From assembly GCA_964413485.1 (NCBI GenBank), contig CAYPRU010000002.1, forward strand, positions 146,748-210,747: a DNA stretch of 64,000 bases, written 5' to 3'. The translations under genes were made by a program, and so were the position numbers. The notes under the pieces are model-generated. The model searched no databases. It saw only the letters and a program-made list of their open reading frames with translations, and was not told the origin of the DNA. Each line of letters begins with the position of its first letter. Position 1 is the first letter of the stretch. Source of the DNA: an uncultured Brachymonas sp. Its GTDB lineage: Bacteria; Pseudomonadota; Gammaproteobacteria; Burkholderiales; Burkholderiaceae_C. Of this stretch, positions 7,610 through 17,441 are shown one piece after another.

Positions 7610-8809
7610 TCAGGCCAGCGCCGCAGTGTTTCGTTGCATGCGGTCCAGGCTCCTCAGCAAGTGCAGCAAATACAGCATGACGAGCCCGTCGCCAGCCAGC
7701 AGCGCCCCCAGGGTGAAGCCTGGAATGGGCTGGTTGAAAATCACGGACGCGCCGAACAGGATGGACAGCAGCTGCATCACCAGTTGGGTGGCAAACAGCT
7801 TGTGCACGATGCCAGGATGCGGGTTGTGCGGCTCATCCGTTGGAGGAAGGGAGGCGAAGAGTGGGCCCAGTGCCAGCACGCCCCCCAGAATGTTCAGGGC
7901 CCCGACCAGCATCTTCAGCGCGGGGGCCAGGAGGTTGGGGATCATGCAGGACATGGTGCCCAAGGCTGCAAACACCACCCCCAGCACAATCATCAGCCGG
8001 GAACGGGGAAACGGGCCAATCGGCGTGTTGCCGCTGGCCAGCATCTGCACCGCAAACAGCACCATCAGCAGTCCCAGTTGTGCGCTGCCCGCAAACGGCA
8101 GCGTGCCCAGATTGACCGGAATCATCAGCACACCGAGCAGCAGCTTGAACATGGCCAGGAGCAGCAGCAGGGACTGCTCGGTGGACATGGCGACGTCGCT
8201 GTGGCGTGGTGCGGCGGCCTGCGGATAGCGCTGGTAGAGCATGCGCAGCACCAGGGCCAGATAGACGATGGCTGTCCCGAAGAGCAGCACCACAAGCGCC
8301 GTGGCAGGGAGGGGTAGCAACTGCGGTTGCCACACCAGCAGCCCGATCAGTATGGACAACGCATAGACGGCGCTGCAGGCCGCGATCAACTGCCAGAAGA
8401 TGCCCCCGTAACTGGCCCAAGTACGGTATTTGTCTTTGGCCAACAGCATTTGCAGCAGCCACAGCAGGCCGCCCACGCCAAAGCAGATGGCCAGCAGCAG
8501 GCGCGGCGTCCGGCTGAAAAGATCTGGCACAAAGCAGGTGGCAATGCCGGTTGCCGCAATCGCCGATCCGGCAAGCAGCAAGGCGCGCGACCTGCGCATG
8601 TCGCCGAATGGCGTTTTGCCCAGCGTGATGGTTTGCAGCGCATACATGACCAGCAGCAAGCCGTACAGACCATTTTCGTAATAGGGCAGTGCCCCGGCTG
8701 CTACCGGAAACAGCAAAACGCCGGCCACCAGGATGGCGATGCCCGCCACCAGCAGAATCACCACCTCCAGCGGAAGTTCGGCCTTGTCAAGGATCCTGTA
8801 CGCTGCCAT
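7610..8809 (-). CDS. Polytopic membrane protein with internal duplication
   Basis: Roughly 12 hydrophobic segments; two homologous halves (GALPY..GLLLVMYALQTITLGKTPFGDMRRS vs GTLPF..GLLMVLFAVQMLASGNTPIGPFPRS). Confidence 0.8.
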   Translation of the reverse strand: MAAYRILDKAELPLEVVILLVAGIAILVAGVLLFPVAAGALPYYENGLYGLLLVMYALQTITLGKTPFGDMRRSRALLLAGSAIAATGIATCFVPDLFSRTPRLLLAICFGVGGLLWLLQMLLAKDKYRTWASYGGIFWQLIAACSAVYALSILIGLLVWQPQLLPLPATALVVLLFGTAIVYLALVLRMLYQRYPQAAAPRHSDVAMSTEQSLLLLLAMFKLLLGVLMIPVNLGTLPFAGSAQLGLLMVLFAVQMLASGNTPIGPFPRSRLMIVLGVVFAALGTMSCMIPNLLAPALKMLVGALNILGGVLALGPLFASLPPTDEPHNPHPGIVHKLFATQLVMQLLSILFGASVIFNQPIPGFTLGALLAGDGLVMLYLLHLLRSLDRMQRNTAALA

Positions 8810-8979
8810 GGTGCTGGTCCGGCTAGGGTTTCGACAAACGGTGGGCCGCCCCCAATGGGCACCTGAATTTGTTCCAAACTGTATCCAGTCTACCCGGGCA
8901 CACCGATGGGATCAAGGCCTTGCGCGGTTTTGCTCAGCGCTGAAAAAGGGATGTGAATTCAGCAGCTTGCGGTGCGGCC

Positions 8980-9885
8980 TTATGGCCACTGCGGCGCCAG
9001 ATCCGCCAGGGCAGCGTCCAGCTCCGGAAACCGGAACCGGTAGCCGGCTTCCAGCGTGCGGTGCGGCGACAGATACTGGCCGCCCAGCAGCAGCACGGAC
9101 ATTTCTCCCAGCGCCAGTCTGAGTGCGAAGGCGGGTACCGGAAACACAGCCGGGCGGTGCAGGGCGCGCGCCAGAGCCTGGGTGAAGTCGGCATTGCGCA
9201 CCACGCCGGGAGCGCAGGCATTGAATGCTCCTTCGCAGTCTGCGCAATGCATCAGGAAGTCGATCAGCCCGATCTCGTCATCCAGGTGAATCCAGGGCAT
9301 CCATTGCCGGCCGCTGCCCAGCCGCCCACCCAGGCCCAGGCGGAAGGCCGGCCGCAGCCGTGCCAGAAAACCGCCTGTCGGGGCCAGCACCGGCGCGGTG
9401 CGTACCAGCACCACGCGCATGCCAAGCTGTCGGGCGCGACTGGCTTCCTGCTCCCAGGCGGCGCACAGCTGGCTGCCAAAATCGGCATGCTCCGAGGGGC
9501 TGGTTTCGTCCAGCGGGGTGTCGCCGCCATCGCCATACCAGCCGATGGCCGAGCCGGACACCAGCACGCGCGGTGCCTGGGGCAATTGGCCCAGCCAGTC
9601 CACCAGCTGCCGGGTCAGGTCCACCCGGCTGGTCCAGAGCAGCTTGCGCCGGGCAGCGGTCCAGGGCCGGTCGGCGATGGGGGCGCCGGCCAGATTGATG
9701 ACGGCATCCAGTGGGGGTGCGGCGTTCAGTTCGTGCAGCTGGGCGATGCCGCGTGCGCCACTGCACAGGGTGGGGACCTCGTGCGGCCGGCGGCTCCAGA
9801 CCATGAGTTCGTGGCCCTGGGCCTTCCAGGTGCGGCACAGCGCCTGGCCGATGAGGCCGGTGCCGCCAGTGAGCAATATGCGCAT
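8980..9885 (-). CDS. TIGR01777 family epimerase-like oxidoreductase (YfcH-like)
   Basis: ILLTGGTGLIG, NLAGAPIADRPWT, SGSAIGWYG, GSGRQWMPWIH. Confidence 0.92.
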   Translation of the reverse strand: MRILLTGGTGLIGQALCRTWKAQGHELMVWSRRPHEVPTLCSGARGIAQLHELNAAPPLDAVINLAGAPIADRPWTAARRKLLWTSRVDLTRQLVDWLGQLPQAPRVLVSGSAIGWYGDGGDTPLDETSPSEHADFGSQLCAAWEQEASRARQLGMRVVLVRTAPVLAPTGGFLARLRPAFRLGLGGRLGSGRQWMPWIHLDDEIGLIDFLMHCADCEGAFNACAPGVVRNADFTQALARALHRPAVFPVPAFALRLALGEMSVLLLGGQYLSPHRTLEAGYRFRFPELDAALADLAPQWP

Positions 9886-9958
9886 GGGGAGCTCCTGGAG
9901 TTGGGGTGCAGGCTGGCCAAAGCGGCCAATGCTATCCTGCTACAGAAAGGGGTTGCTC

Positions 9959-11422
9959 ATGACATCTTCTGCCTTGGTGTGGCTGCGGCGTGACTTGCGC
10001 TGCCAGGATCACGCTGCGCTCTATCACGCACTACGCCGCCATGATCAAGTGTACTGTGCCTTTGTGTTTGACACGGACATATTGGATGGCCTGCCCGAGC
10101 GGCAGGACCGGCGCGTGGAATTCATCCATGCCAGCCTGCTGGAACTGCATGCGGCGCTGCAGGAGCTGGCCCGGCGCAGCGGTGCGGCAGGCGGCGGGCT
10201 GATCGTGCGCCACGGGGCGGCGCTGGAGTGCATCGTGCAACTGGCGCGCAGCCTCGGGGTGCAGGAAGTGCTGGTCAACCGCGATTACGAGCCGGCAGCC
10301 GTGGCCCGCGACCAGCGCGTGGCGCAGGCGCTGCAGGGTCTGGGCATCGCGTTCAGCGAATACAAGGACCAGGTGCTGCTGGATCGTGGGGAGGTGCTGA
10401 GCGGCAAAGGCCAGCCGTACAGCGTGTTCACCCCTTACCGGCGCGCCTGGCTGCAAAAGCTCGATGCCTTTCAGCTCAAGGCCTATCCTGTGGAGCGCCA
10501 TGCCCGCCACCTGGCGCCGCCGCCTGCGAGCGAGCGCCTGCCCACGCTGCAGGAGCTGGGTTTTGCGCCCACCAATCTGCAGGCGCTGCCGTTGCCCACC
10601 GGCATGCACGGCGCCCAGCGGCTGCTGCAGGATTTTCTGCCGCGCATGGCGGGCTACAAGGAGGCGCGCGACTATCCCGGACGCAAGGGCGTGTCCTATC
10701 TGTCGGTGCACCTGCGCTTTGGCACCGTGTCCATCCGGCAGCTGGCGGCGCTGGCGCAGCAGCGTGCCGTGCAGGGGTGCGAGGGGGCGCAGACCTGGCT
10801 GTCCGAGCTGGCCTGGCGCGATTTTTACAGCATGATCCTGTGGCATCACCCGCAGGTGGTCACTCAGGCGTTCCGCCCCGAATACGAGCGCGTGCAGTGG
10901 GACGATGCGCCCGCACTCTGGCAGGCCTGGTGCGAGGCGCGCACCGGTTATCCGCTGGTCGATGCCGCCATGCGCCAGCTGCTGCAGACCGGTTACATGC
11001 ACAATCGCCTGCGCATGGTGGTGGCCAGCTTCCTGACCAAGGATCTGGGCATTGACTGGCGCCGCGGCGAAGGCTTTTTTGCCCGGCACCTCAACGATTA
11101 CGACCTGGCCTCCAACAATGGCGGCTGGCAGTGGGCGGCTTCTACCGGCTGTGACGCTCAGCCGTGGTTCCGCATTTTCAACCCGGTCACCCAGTCGCAG
11201 AAGTTTGACCCGGACGGGCGCTTCATCCGGCGCTACCTGCCCGAACTGGCGCGGGTGCCGCAGCAGCACCTCCATTTTCCGGCGGCGATGAAACCGCTGG
11301 AGCTGCAGGCCTGCGGGCTGCGGCTGGGCCAGGACTATCCATATCCGGTGGTGGGCCATGCCAGCGCGCGCCAGCGCACGCTGATGCGCTTTCACTTCCT
11401 GTCCGGCAAGGACGGCGGCTGA
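9959..11422 (+). CDS. phrB: Deoxyribodipyrimidine photolyase (class I CPD-type)
   Basis: LVWLRRDLR, SYLSVHLRFG, ELAWRDFY, TGYPLVDAAMRQL, GYMHNRLRM, NNGGWQW, FRIFNP; start moved to ATG 9959 after AGAAAGGGG. Confidence 0.95.
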   Translation: MTSSALVWLRRDLRCQDHAALYHALRRHDQVYCAFVFDTDILDGLPERQDRRVEFIHASLLELHAALQELARRSGAAGGGLIVRHGAALECIVQLARSLGVQEVLVNRDYEPAAVARDQRVAQALQGLGIAFSEYKDQVLLDRGEVLSGKGQPYSVFTPYRRAWLQKLDAFQLKAYPVERHARHLAPPPASERLPTLQELGFAPTNLQALPLPTGMHGAQRLLQDFLPRMAGYKEARDYPGRKGVSYLSVHLRFGTVSIRQLAALAQQRAVQGCEGAQTWLSELAWRDFYSMILWHHPQVVTQAFRPEYERVQWDDAPALWQAWCEARTGYPLVDAAMRQLLQTGYMHNRLRMVVASFLTKDLGIDWRRGEGFFARHLNDYDLASNNGGWQWAASTGCDAQPWFRIFNPVTQSQKFDPDGRFIRRYLPELARVPQQHLHFPAAMKPLELQACGLRLGQDYPYPVVGHASARQRTLMRFHFLSGKDGG

Positions 11423-11435
11423 GCGCGGGGGGGGC

Positions 11436-12083
11436 TTAGCCCAGGCCAGCGCTGGCCAGTTTGGCGCCGAATCCGATGAACAGGCTGCCCACGCTGCCGG
11501 TGGCCGTGGCCGTCAGCTTTTGCCGGCGCCGGAAGACATCCGCCAGGAAGGTGCCGCCGAAAATCAGTGCAGACAGGTACAGCATGCTCAGGATCTGCAC
11601 CACGGTGCCCAGGATCAGGAAGGACAGCGCCGGGTGGGCGTAGTCCGGCGCGACGAACTGGATGAAGAAGGACACGTAGAACAGGATGGCCTTCGGGTTC
11701 ATCAGGCTGATCATCAGGGCTGCCCGGAAGGGCCGGCCCGGCTGCGTGTCCACCGGTTGTGTGGCCGCTGCCTCCGTGCCGCGCCAGCGCGCAATGGCGG
11801 TGCGCAACAAATGCAGGCCCAGGTACACCAGATAGGCGCCACCGGCATACTTGAGCACGATGAAGATGGCCGGGTGGGCCTGGATCAGCGAAGCCACGCC
11901 AGTGGCCGCCAGCACCATCAGGATCAGGTCGCCCATGAACACGCCGGCAGCTCCCCGGAACCCTGCCGCCACGCCAAAACGCGTCGCAGCGGTCATCACG
12001 TACAGGGAATTGGGGCCGGGCAGGAGAACGATGACGATGGTTCCCAGCACGAAGGTGGCAAGATCGGTGATGCCGTAAAACAC
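11436..12083 (-). CDS. leuE: LysE-family leucine efflux protein
   Basis: GITDLATFVLGTIVIVLLPGPNSLYV, NPKAILFYVSFFIQFV. Confidence 0.9.
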   Translation of the reverse strand: MFYGITDLATFVLGTIVIVLLPGPNSLYVMTAATRFGVAAGFRGAAGVFMGDLILMVLAATGVASLIQAHPAIFIVLKYAGGAYLVYLGLHLLRTAIARWRGTEAAATQPVDTQPGRPFRAALMISLMNPKAILFYVSFFIQFVAPDYAHPALSFLILGTVVQILSMLYLSALIFGGTFLADVFRRRQKLTATATGSVGSLFIGFGAKLASAGLG

Positions 12084-12126
12084 GATGCAGTCCAGGCAAA
12101 ATGCTTATCTTACGTCCAGGCCGCCC

Positions 12127-12307
12127 TTACTGCTTCTCGCCCCGAATCATTACCAGCAGCATCTTGAACCCGCCCAGCATCGAAGGCAAACAGGGTGACA
12201 TTGCCCGCAGAGTTCTTGACCAGCATGCGGCTGACCACTGCCTGGTCCCGGTACTGCAGCATCTGCTTCAGGTCGAGCACTGCGGGAGCAGTGTTGTCCT
12301 GGGACAT
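12127..12307 (-). pseudogene. Cupin-domain gene with internal deletion and frameshift
   Basis: AGGAGG RBS, then MSQDN...AVVSRMLVKNSAGNVTLFAFDAG joined out of frame to GFKMLLVMIRGEKQ*; the central cupin His motifs are missing. Confidence 0.75.
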
Positions 12308-12596
12308 GGGAATACCTCCTTGCAAGACGGGGATAAAACCGGCGGCAGGTAATGCCTTGGCATATGCCAAATATTTCTGCACCCTGGTCATGGTAGGGTA
12401 AATGGCAACGTTGACCCCCTGCAATCCGGCAGGGCCTGCTTGCCTGCGTACACATTTCCGACAGTGGTTTACAGGTCGGTGCGCGTGCGCCCGGGTGTAG
12501 CAAAATAGCGCCAGATTCCTTTCGCCATGCTGCGTTCCGGCCCCGGCTTGACCGGGCGGCCTGCTGTGCGGCGGGCACCCAGACAAAAACCACACC

Positions 12597-13592
12597 ATGT
12601 TCAAGAACCTCACCATCTACCGCATTGCCCCCGAATGGCAGCCCGACCTTGGCGCCCTCGAAGCGGCCCTCGACAAGAACCGCTTTGTTCCTTGTGGCCC
12701 CACGCAGCAAAAGTCTTCCGGCTGGGTCGAGCCGCGCGGCGAGGCGCATGCGCCGCTGGTGGAGTCGGTGGGCGGGCACTGGATGCTCAAGCTGATGGGC
12801 GAGCAGCGCGTGGTGCCGTCCCCGGTGGTGCGCAAGCGTGCCGAGGACATTGCCGCCCATATCGAAAACACCACCGGCCGCAAGCCCGGCAAGCGCGAGA
12901 TGAAGGAACTGAAGGAGCAGGCGTTGATGGAGCTGCTGCCGATGGCCTTCACGCGCCAGTCGGCCACGCGCGTGTGGATTGCGCCGCAGGAGCGTTTCCT
13001 GGTGCTGGATGCCGGCAGCATGGCCAAGGCGGACGAGGTCACCACGCTGCTGGTCAAGGCGCTGGATGGCCTGTCGCTGACGCTGCTGCAAACGGCCATG
13101 TCGCCGGCCGTGGCCATGACGCACTGGCTGGGCAGCGGCGAGGCGCCCGCCCAGTTCAGCATCGACCGCGAGTGCGAACTCAAGACCACCGACGAAATGA
13201 AATCCGTGGTGCGCTATGCACGCCATGCGCTGGATACCGACGAGGTCAAGCAGCACATCGCCAACGGCAAGGTGCCCACGCGCCTGGCCATGACCTGGCA
13301 GGACCGCGTGTCCTTCATGCTGACCGATGCGCTGCAGCTGAAGAAGCTGGCCTTCCTGGACGTGGTGCTGGACGAGGCTGCCAATGACGGCATGGAAAAG
13401 GGCTTCGATGCGGATGTGGCCATTGCCACCGGCGAACTGGTGCAGCTGCTGCCCGATCTGCTGGAGGCGCTGGGCGGCGAGCAGGATGGCCTGTCGGCGC
13501 CGCTGAAGCCGGCAGCGTTGCCCGCCGCGCAGCCGGTGTCCGACGAGACGCCGGCCACCGAGGCCGCTGGCACTGCCCCCTGGGACGAGTGA
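12597..13592 (+). CDS. rdgC: Recombination-associated protein RdgC
   Basis: MFKNLTIYR, SSGWVEPRG, ELLPMAFT, RECELK, PTRLAMTWQDRVSFML, FDADVAI. Confidence 0.95.
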   Translation: MFKNLTIYRIAPEWQPDLGALEAALDKNRFVPCGPTQQKSSGWVEPRGEAHAPLVESVGGHWMLKLMGEQRVVPSPVVRKRAEDIAAHIENTTGRKPGKREMKELKEQALMELLPMAFTRQSATRVWIAPQERFLVLDAGSMAKADEVTTLLVKALDGLSLTLLQTAMSPAVAMTHWLGSGEAPAQFSIDRECELKTTDEMKSVVRYARHALDTDEVKQHIANGKVPTRLAMTWQDRVSFMLTDALQLKKLAFLDVVLDEAANDGMEKGFDADVAIATGELVQLLPDLLEALGGEQDGLSAPLKPAALPAAQPVSDETPATEAAGTAPWDE

Positions 13593-13757
13593 GCAGCACG
13601 GGTTTCGCGGCGAATTGCCGCGTGCGCACTGGCAATCGTTCGGGCCTTGCCACTGGCTGGTGCAAATGTGCGCCAGCCGCTAAAATTACATGTTTCCCCG
13701 GCGCCCATGGCGCCATTTTTTCCGGCCCCTGGCTCTACACCAGTCACGCTGCACAGC

Positions 13758-15119
13758 ATGAGCGACACCACTTCTCCCAAAACGTCCCCCAAAAAAGTCT
13801 TTATCAAAACCTTCGGCTGCCAGATGAACGAGTACGACTCGGACAAGATGGCCGACGTGCTGGGCGCCGCCCAGGGCTACGAGAAGACCGACAACCCCGA
13901 CGACGCCGACCTGATCCTGTTCAACACCTGCTCGGTGCGCGAAAAGGCGCAGGAAAAGGTGTTCAGTGACCTGGGCCGCGTCCGCCACCTGAAGGACAAG
14001 GGCGTGAAGATTGGCGTGGGCGGCTGCGTGGCCAGCCAGGAAGGCGCCGAGATCATCAAGCGCGCGCCGTTCGTGGACGTGGTGTTCGGTCCGCAAACCC
14101 TGCACCGCCTGCCCGACCTGCTGGACCAAAGCGTGGCGCAGCACAAGGCGCAGGTGGATATCAGCTTTCCCGAAATCGAAAAATTCGACCACCTGCCGCC
14201 GGCGCGCGTGGAAGGCGCCTCGGCCTTCGTGTCCATCATGGAAGGCTGCAGCAAGTACTGCAGCTACTGCGTGGTGCCCTATACGCGCGGCGAGGAGTTC
14301 AGCCGTCCGTTCGAGGAAGTGCTGGTGGAAGTGGCCGGCCTGGCCGAGCAGGGTGTGAAGGAAATCACCTTGCTGGGGCAGAACGTGAATGCTTACCGCG
14401 GCACCATGGGCGATAGCGGAGAAATTGCCGACTTTGCCCTGCTGATCGAGTATGTGGCCGAGATTCCCGGTATCGAGCGCATCCGCTACACCACCAGCCA
14501 CCCCAACGAATTCACGCAGCGCCTGATCGATGTGTACGCCAAGGTGCCGCAGCTGGTCAGCCATCTGCACCTGCCGGTGCAGCACGGCAGCGACCGCATC
14601 CTGATGGCGATGAAGCGCGGCTACACCGCGATGGAATACAAGAGCATCATCCGCAAGCTGCGCACGGTGCGCCCGGACATATCCATGAGCAGTGACTTCA
14701 TCGTCGGCTTCCCCGGCGAGACCGAAGAAGACTTCCAGAAGATGATGAAGCTGATCGACGATGTGGGCTATGACACCTCGTTCAGTTTCATCTACAGCCC
14801 GCGTCCCGGCACGCCGGCGGCCAACCTGCAGGATGAGACCCCGCACGAGCTCAAGCTCAAGCGCCTGCAGCAGCTGCAGGCACGCATCGAAGACAACGTG
14901 CGCGCCATCAGCGCCAGCCGCGTCGGTACCGTGCAGCGCATCCTGGTGGAAGGGCCTTCGCGCAAGAATCCCGAGGAGCTGATGGGGCGCACCGCCTGCA
15001 ACCGCATCGTCAACTTTGCCACTGGCGCCGGCCGCGACCGCCTGGTTGGCCAGATGATCGATGTGCGCATTACCAGCGCGTTGCCGCATTCGCTGCGTGG
15101 CGAGGTGCTGGTGGCCTGA
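13758..15119 (+). CDS. miaB: tRNA-2-methylthio-N6-dimethylallyladenosine synthase
   Basis: [20 protein letters not shown], radical [12 protein letters not shown]-terminal TRAM domain. Confidence 0.97.
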   Translation: MSDTTSPKTSPKKVFIKTFGCQMNEYDSDKMADVLGAAQGYEKTDNPDDADLILFNTCSVREKAQEKVFSDLGRVRHLKDKGVKIGVGGCVASQEGAEIIKRAPFVDVVFGPQTLHRLPDLLDQSVAQHKAQVDISFPEIEKFDHLPPARVEGASAFVSIMEGCSKYCSYCVVPYTRGEEFSRPFEEVLVEVAGLAEQGVKEITLLGQNVNAYRGTMGDSGEIADFALLIEYVAEIPGIERIRYTTSHPNEFTQRLIDVYAKVPQLVSHLHLPVQHGSDRILMAMKRGYTAMEYKSIIRKLRTVRPDISMSSDFIVGFPGETEEDFQKMMKLIDDVGYDTSFSFIYSPRPGTPAANLQDETPHELKLKRLQQLQARIEDNVRAISASRVGTVQRILVEGPSRKNPEELMGRTACNRIVNFATGAGRDRLVGQMIDVRITSALPHSLRGEVLVA

Positions 15120-15276
15120 GGTGTCCTGCGCTGCGCGCTGTCCTTGCCGGCAGACGCGGCGCCACGGCAGTTCGGCGTCCAACTGTTGTAAACCGTCCAC
15201 GTCCTGCGACATCCATGCATGTATGTATCAAGGCCTTGCGCTGCCGCATTTGTTACGAAACCTCTAGAATCACCTG

Positions 15277-16140
15277 ATGCAACTTACTTCGCCTCTCTCT
15301 CCGGGTGTGGAGCCGGCCGTGGCGGCGCCCGCCTTGGTCGAGCTGCGGCATGTGCACTTTGGCTACAGCGGGGGCCGCAAGATCCTCGATGATGTGTCGC
15401 TGATGGTGCCACAGGGCCGCGTCACGGCCATCATGGGGGCTTCCGGCGGCGGCAAGACCACGGTGTTGCGCCTCATCGGCGGCCAGCAGCGCGCCCAGCA
15501 GGGCGAGGTGCTGCTGGGTGGCCAGGATGTGGGCCGGCTGGGCCAGAAAGGCCTGTATGCGGCACGCCGCCGCATGGGCATGCTGTTCCAGTTCGGGGCG
15601 CTGTTTACCGACATGAGCGTGTTCGAGAATGTGGCCTTTCCGCTGCGCGAGCACACTGCGCTGCCCGAGTCCATGGTGCGCGACATCGTGCTGATGAAGC
15701 TGCAGGCGGTGGGTCTGCGTGGCGCGCGCGACCTGATGCCCAGCGAGGTGTCGGGCGGCATGGCGCGCCGCGTGGCGCTGGCACGCGCCATCGCACTCGA
15801 CCCCGACCTGGTTATGTACGACGAGCCCTTTGCCGGGCTGGACCCGATCTCGCTGGGCACGATTGCCCGCCTGATCCGCCGGCTCAACGACGCCATGGGC
15901 CTGACCAGCATCATCGTGTCACACGATCTGGACGAAACCTTCCGCATTGCCGACCACGTGGTGGTGCTGGCCAATGGCGGCATTGCCGCGCAGGGCACGC
16001 CCGATGAAGTGCGCCACAGCGAAGATCCGCTGGTGCGCCAGTTCGTCAATGCGCAGCCCGAAGGGCCGGTGCGCTTTCATTACCCTGGTCCGGCGCTGGC
16101 CGAGGACTTTGGCCTGGCAGGCCGGAAAGGCGCGGCATGA
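15277..16140 (+). CDS. mlaF: Mla ABC transporter ATPase
   Basis: GASGGGKT, MLFQFGALF, SGGMARRVALARA, YDEPFAGLDP. Confidence 0.93.
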   Translation: MQLTSPLSPGVEPAVAAPALVELRHVHFGYSGGRKILDDVSLMVPQGRVTAIMGASGGGKTTVLRLIGGQQRAQQGEVLLGGQDVGRLGQKGLYAARRRMGMLFQFGALFTDMSVFENVAFPLREHTALPESMVRDIVLMKLQAVGLRGARDLMPSEVSGGMARRVALARAIALDPDLVMYDEPFAGLDPISLGTIARLIRRLNDAMGLTSIIVSHDLDETFRIADHVVVLANGGIAAQGTPDEVRHSEDPLVRQFVNAQPEGPVRFHYPGPALAEDFGLAGRKGAA

Positions 16141-16910
16141 ACTGGCTGGCAAATATCGGTCGTGCGGTGCGGCATCAAATCGTGCAGCTGGGTGTCGGTG
16201 CGCGCCTGTTCGTGCGCATGCTGCTGTCGCTGGGCGTGTGGCGCCGCCCCGGCCTGATCATCGACCAGGTGCATTTTCTGGGCAACTACTCGCTCAGCAT
16301 CATCGCCATTTCGGGGCTGTTTGTCGGCTTCGTGCTGAGCCTGCAGGGCTACTATACGCTCAAGAGCTTCGGCTCGGCCGAATCGGTGGGCCTGCTGGTG
16401 GCGCTCAGTCTGCTGCGCGAGCTGGGGCCGGTGGTCACCGGCCTGCTGTTTGCGGGGCGTGCCGGCACCTCGCTCACGGCCGAGATCGGCCTGATGAAGG
16501 CGGGCGAGCAGCTGGACGCCATGGAGCTGATGGCGGTCAATCCGGTCGAGCGCATCCTGGCGCCGCGTTTCTGGGGCGGAGTGATCGCCATGCCGGTACT
16601 GGCCGCCATTTTCAGTGCGGTGGGCGTCATCGGCGGCTGGCTGGTGGCAGTCAAGCTAATCGGCCTGGATGCCGGCGCCTTCTGGGGCCAGATGCAGCAC
16701 GGCGTGGATGTCTGGGACGACGTGGCCAACGGCGTCATCAAGAGCATCGTGTTTGGCGTGGCCGTCACTTTCATCGCCCTGCTCGAAGGCTACAGTGCGC
16801 GGCCCACGCCGGAAGGCGTGTCGCGTGCCACTACCCGTACCGTGGTGGTGGCCTCGCTGACCGTGCTGGCGCTCGACTTCCTGCTGACCGCCACCATGTT
16901 CAGCGTCTGA
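16137..16910 (+). CDS. mlaE: Mla ABC transporter permease
   Basis: RELGPVVTGLLFAGRAGTSLTAEIGLMK, GVSRATTRTVV. Confidence 0.95.
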   Translation: MNWLANIGRAVRHQIVQLGVGARLFVRMLLSLGVWRRPGLIIDQVHFLGNYSLSIIAISGLFVGFVLSLQGYYTLKSFGSAESVGLLVALSLLRELGPVVTGLLFAGRAGTSLTAEIGLMKAGEQLDAMELMAVNPVERILAPRFWGGVIAMPVLAAIFSAVGVIGGWLVAVKLIGLDAGAFWGQMQHGVDVWDDVANGVIKSIVFGVAVTFIALLEGYSARPTPEGVSRATTRTVVVASLTVLALDFLLTATMFSV

Positions 16911-16934
16911 TTGCACACAAGGATATTTCATACC

Positions 16935-17441
16935 ATGCAACGTTCCAAAATCGATATCTGGGTGGGCCTGTTCGTGCTGGCCGGCGGCATCGCGCTGCTG
17001 TTCCTGGCACTGCAAGCCGGCAACCTGCTGACCTTCAATACCGGCAAGGGCTACGAGCTGCAGGCGCAGTTTCAGGATGTGGGCGGCCTCAAGCCCAAGG
17101 CGGCCGTCAAGAGCGCCGGGGTGGTGGTCGGCCGTGTCAAGAGCATCGATTTTGACGACAAGCACTTCCAGGCCACGGTCCGGCTCGACATGCAGGAAAA
17201 GTACCATTTCCCCAATGACAGCACGCTCAAGATCATGACAAGTGGCCTGCTTGGCGACCAATACATCGGCATCGAAGCAGGTTACAGTGATGTTAACTGG
17301 AAGCCGGGCGATGTCATCAACCAGACCCAGTCGGCCGTGGTGCTCGAAAACCTGATCGGCCAGTTCATGAACAGCAAGGCGCTGGAGGCCGGCACGGAAA
17401 GTGCCCCCGCGCAGCCCGCTTCCGCAGGAGCCAGCAAATGA
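16935..17441 (+). CDS. mlaD: MCE-domain protein MlaD
   Basis: WVGLFVL, GGLKPKAAVKSAGVVVGRV, TSGLLGDQYI, TQSAVVLENLIGQF. Confidence 0.95.
   Translation: MQRSKIDIWVGLFVLAGGIALLFLALQAGNLLTFNTGKGYELQAQFQDVGGLKPKAAVKSAGVVVGRVKSIDFDDKHFQATVRLDMQEKYHFPNDSTLKIMTSGLLGDQYIGIEAGYSDVNWKPGDVINQTQSAVVLENLIGQFMNSKALEAGTESAPAQPASAGASK

Noticed and set aside
9398-9958. N-terminal extension of photolyase in the ORF track
   Set aside because: Antisense to the TIGR01777 gene; the family N-terminus and RBS point to ATG 9959.
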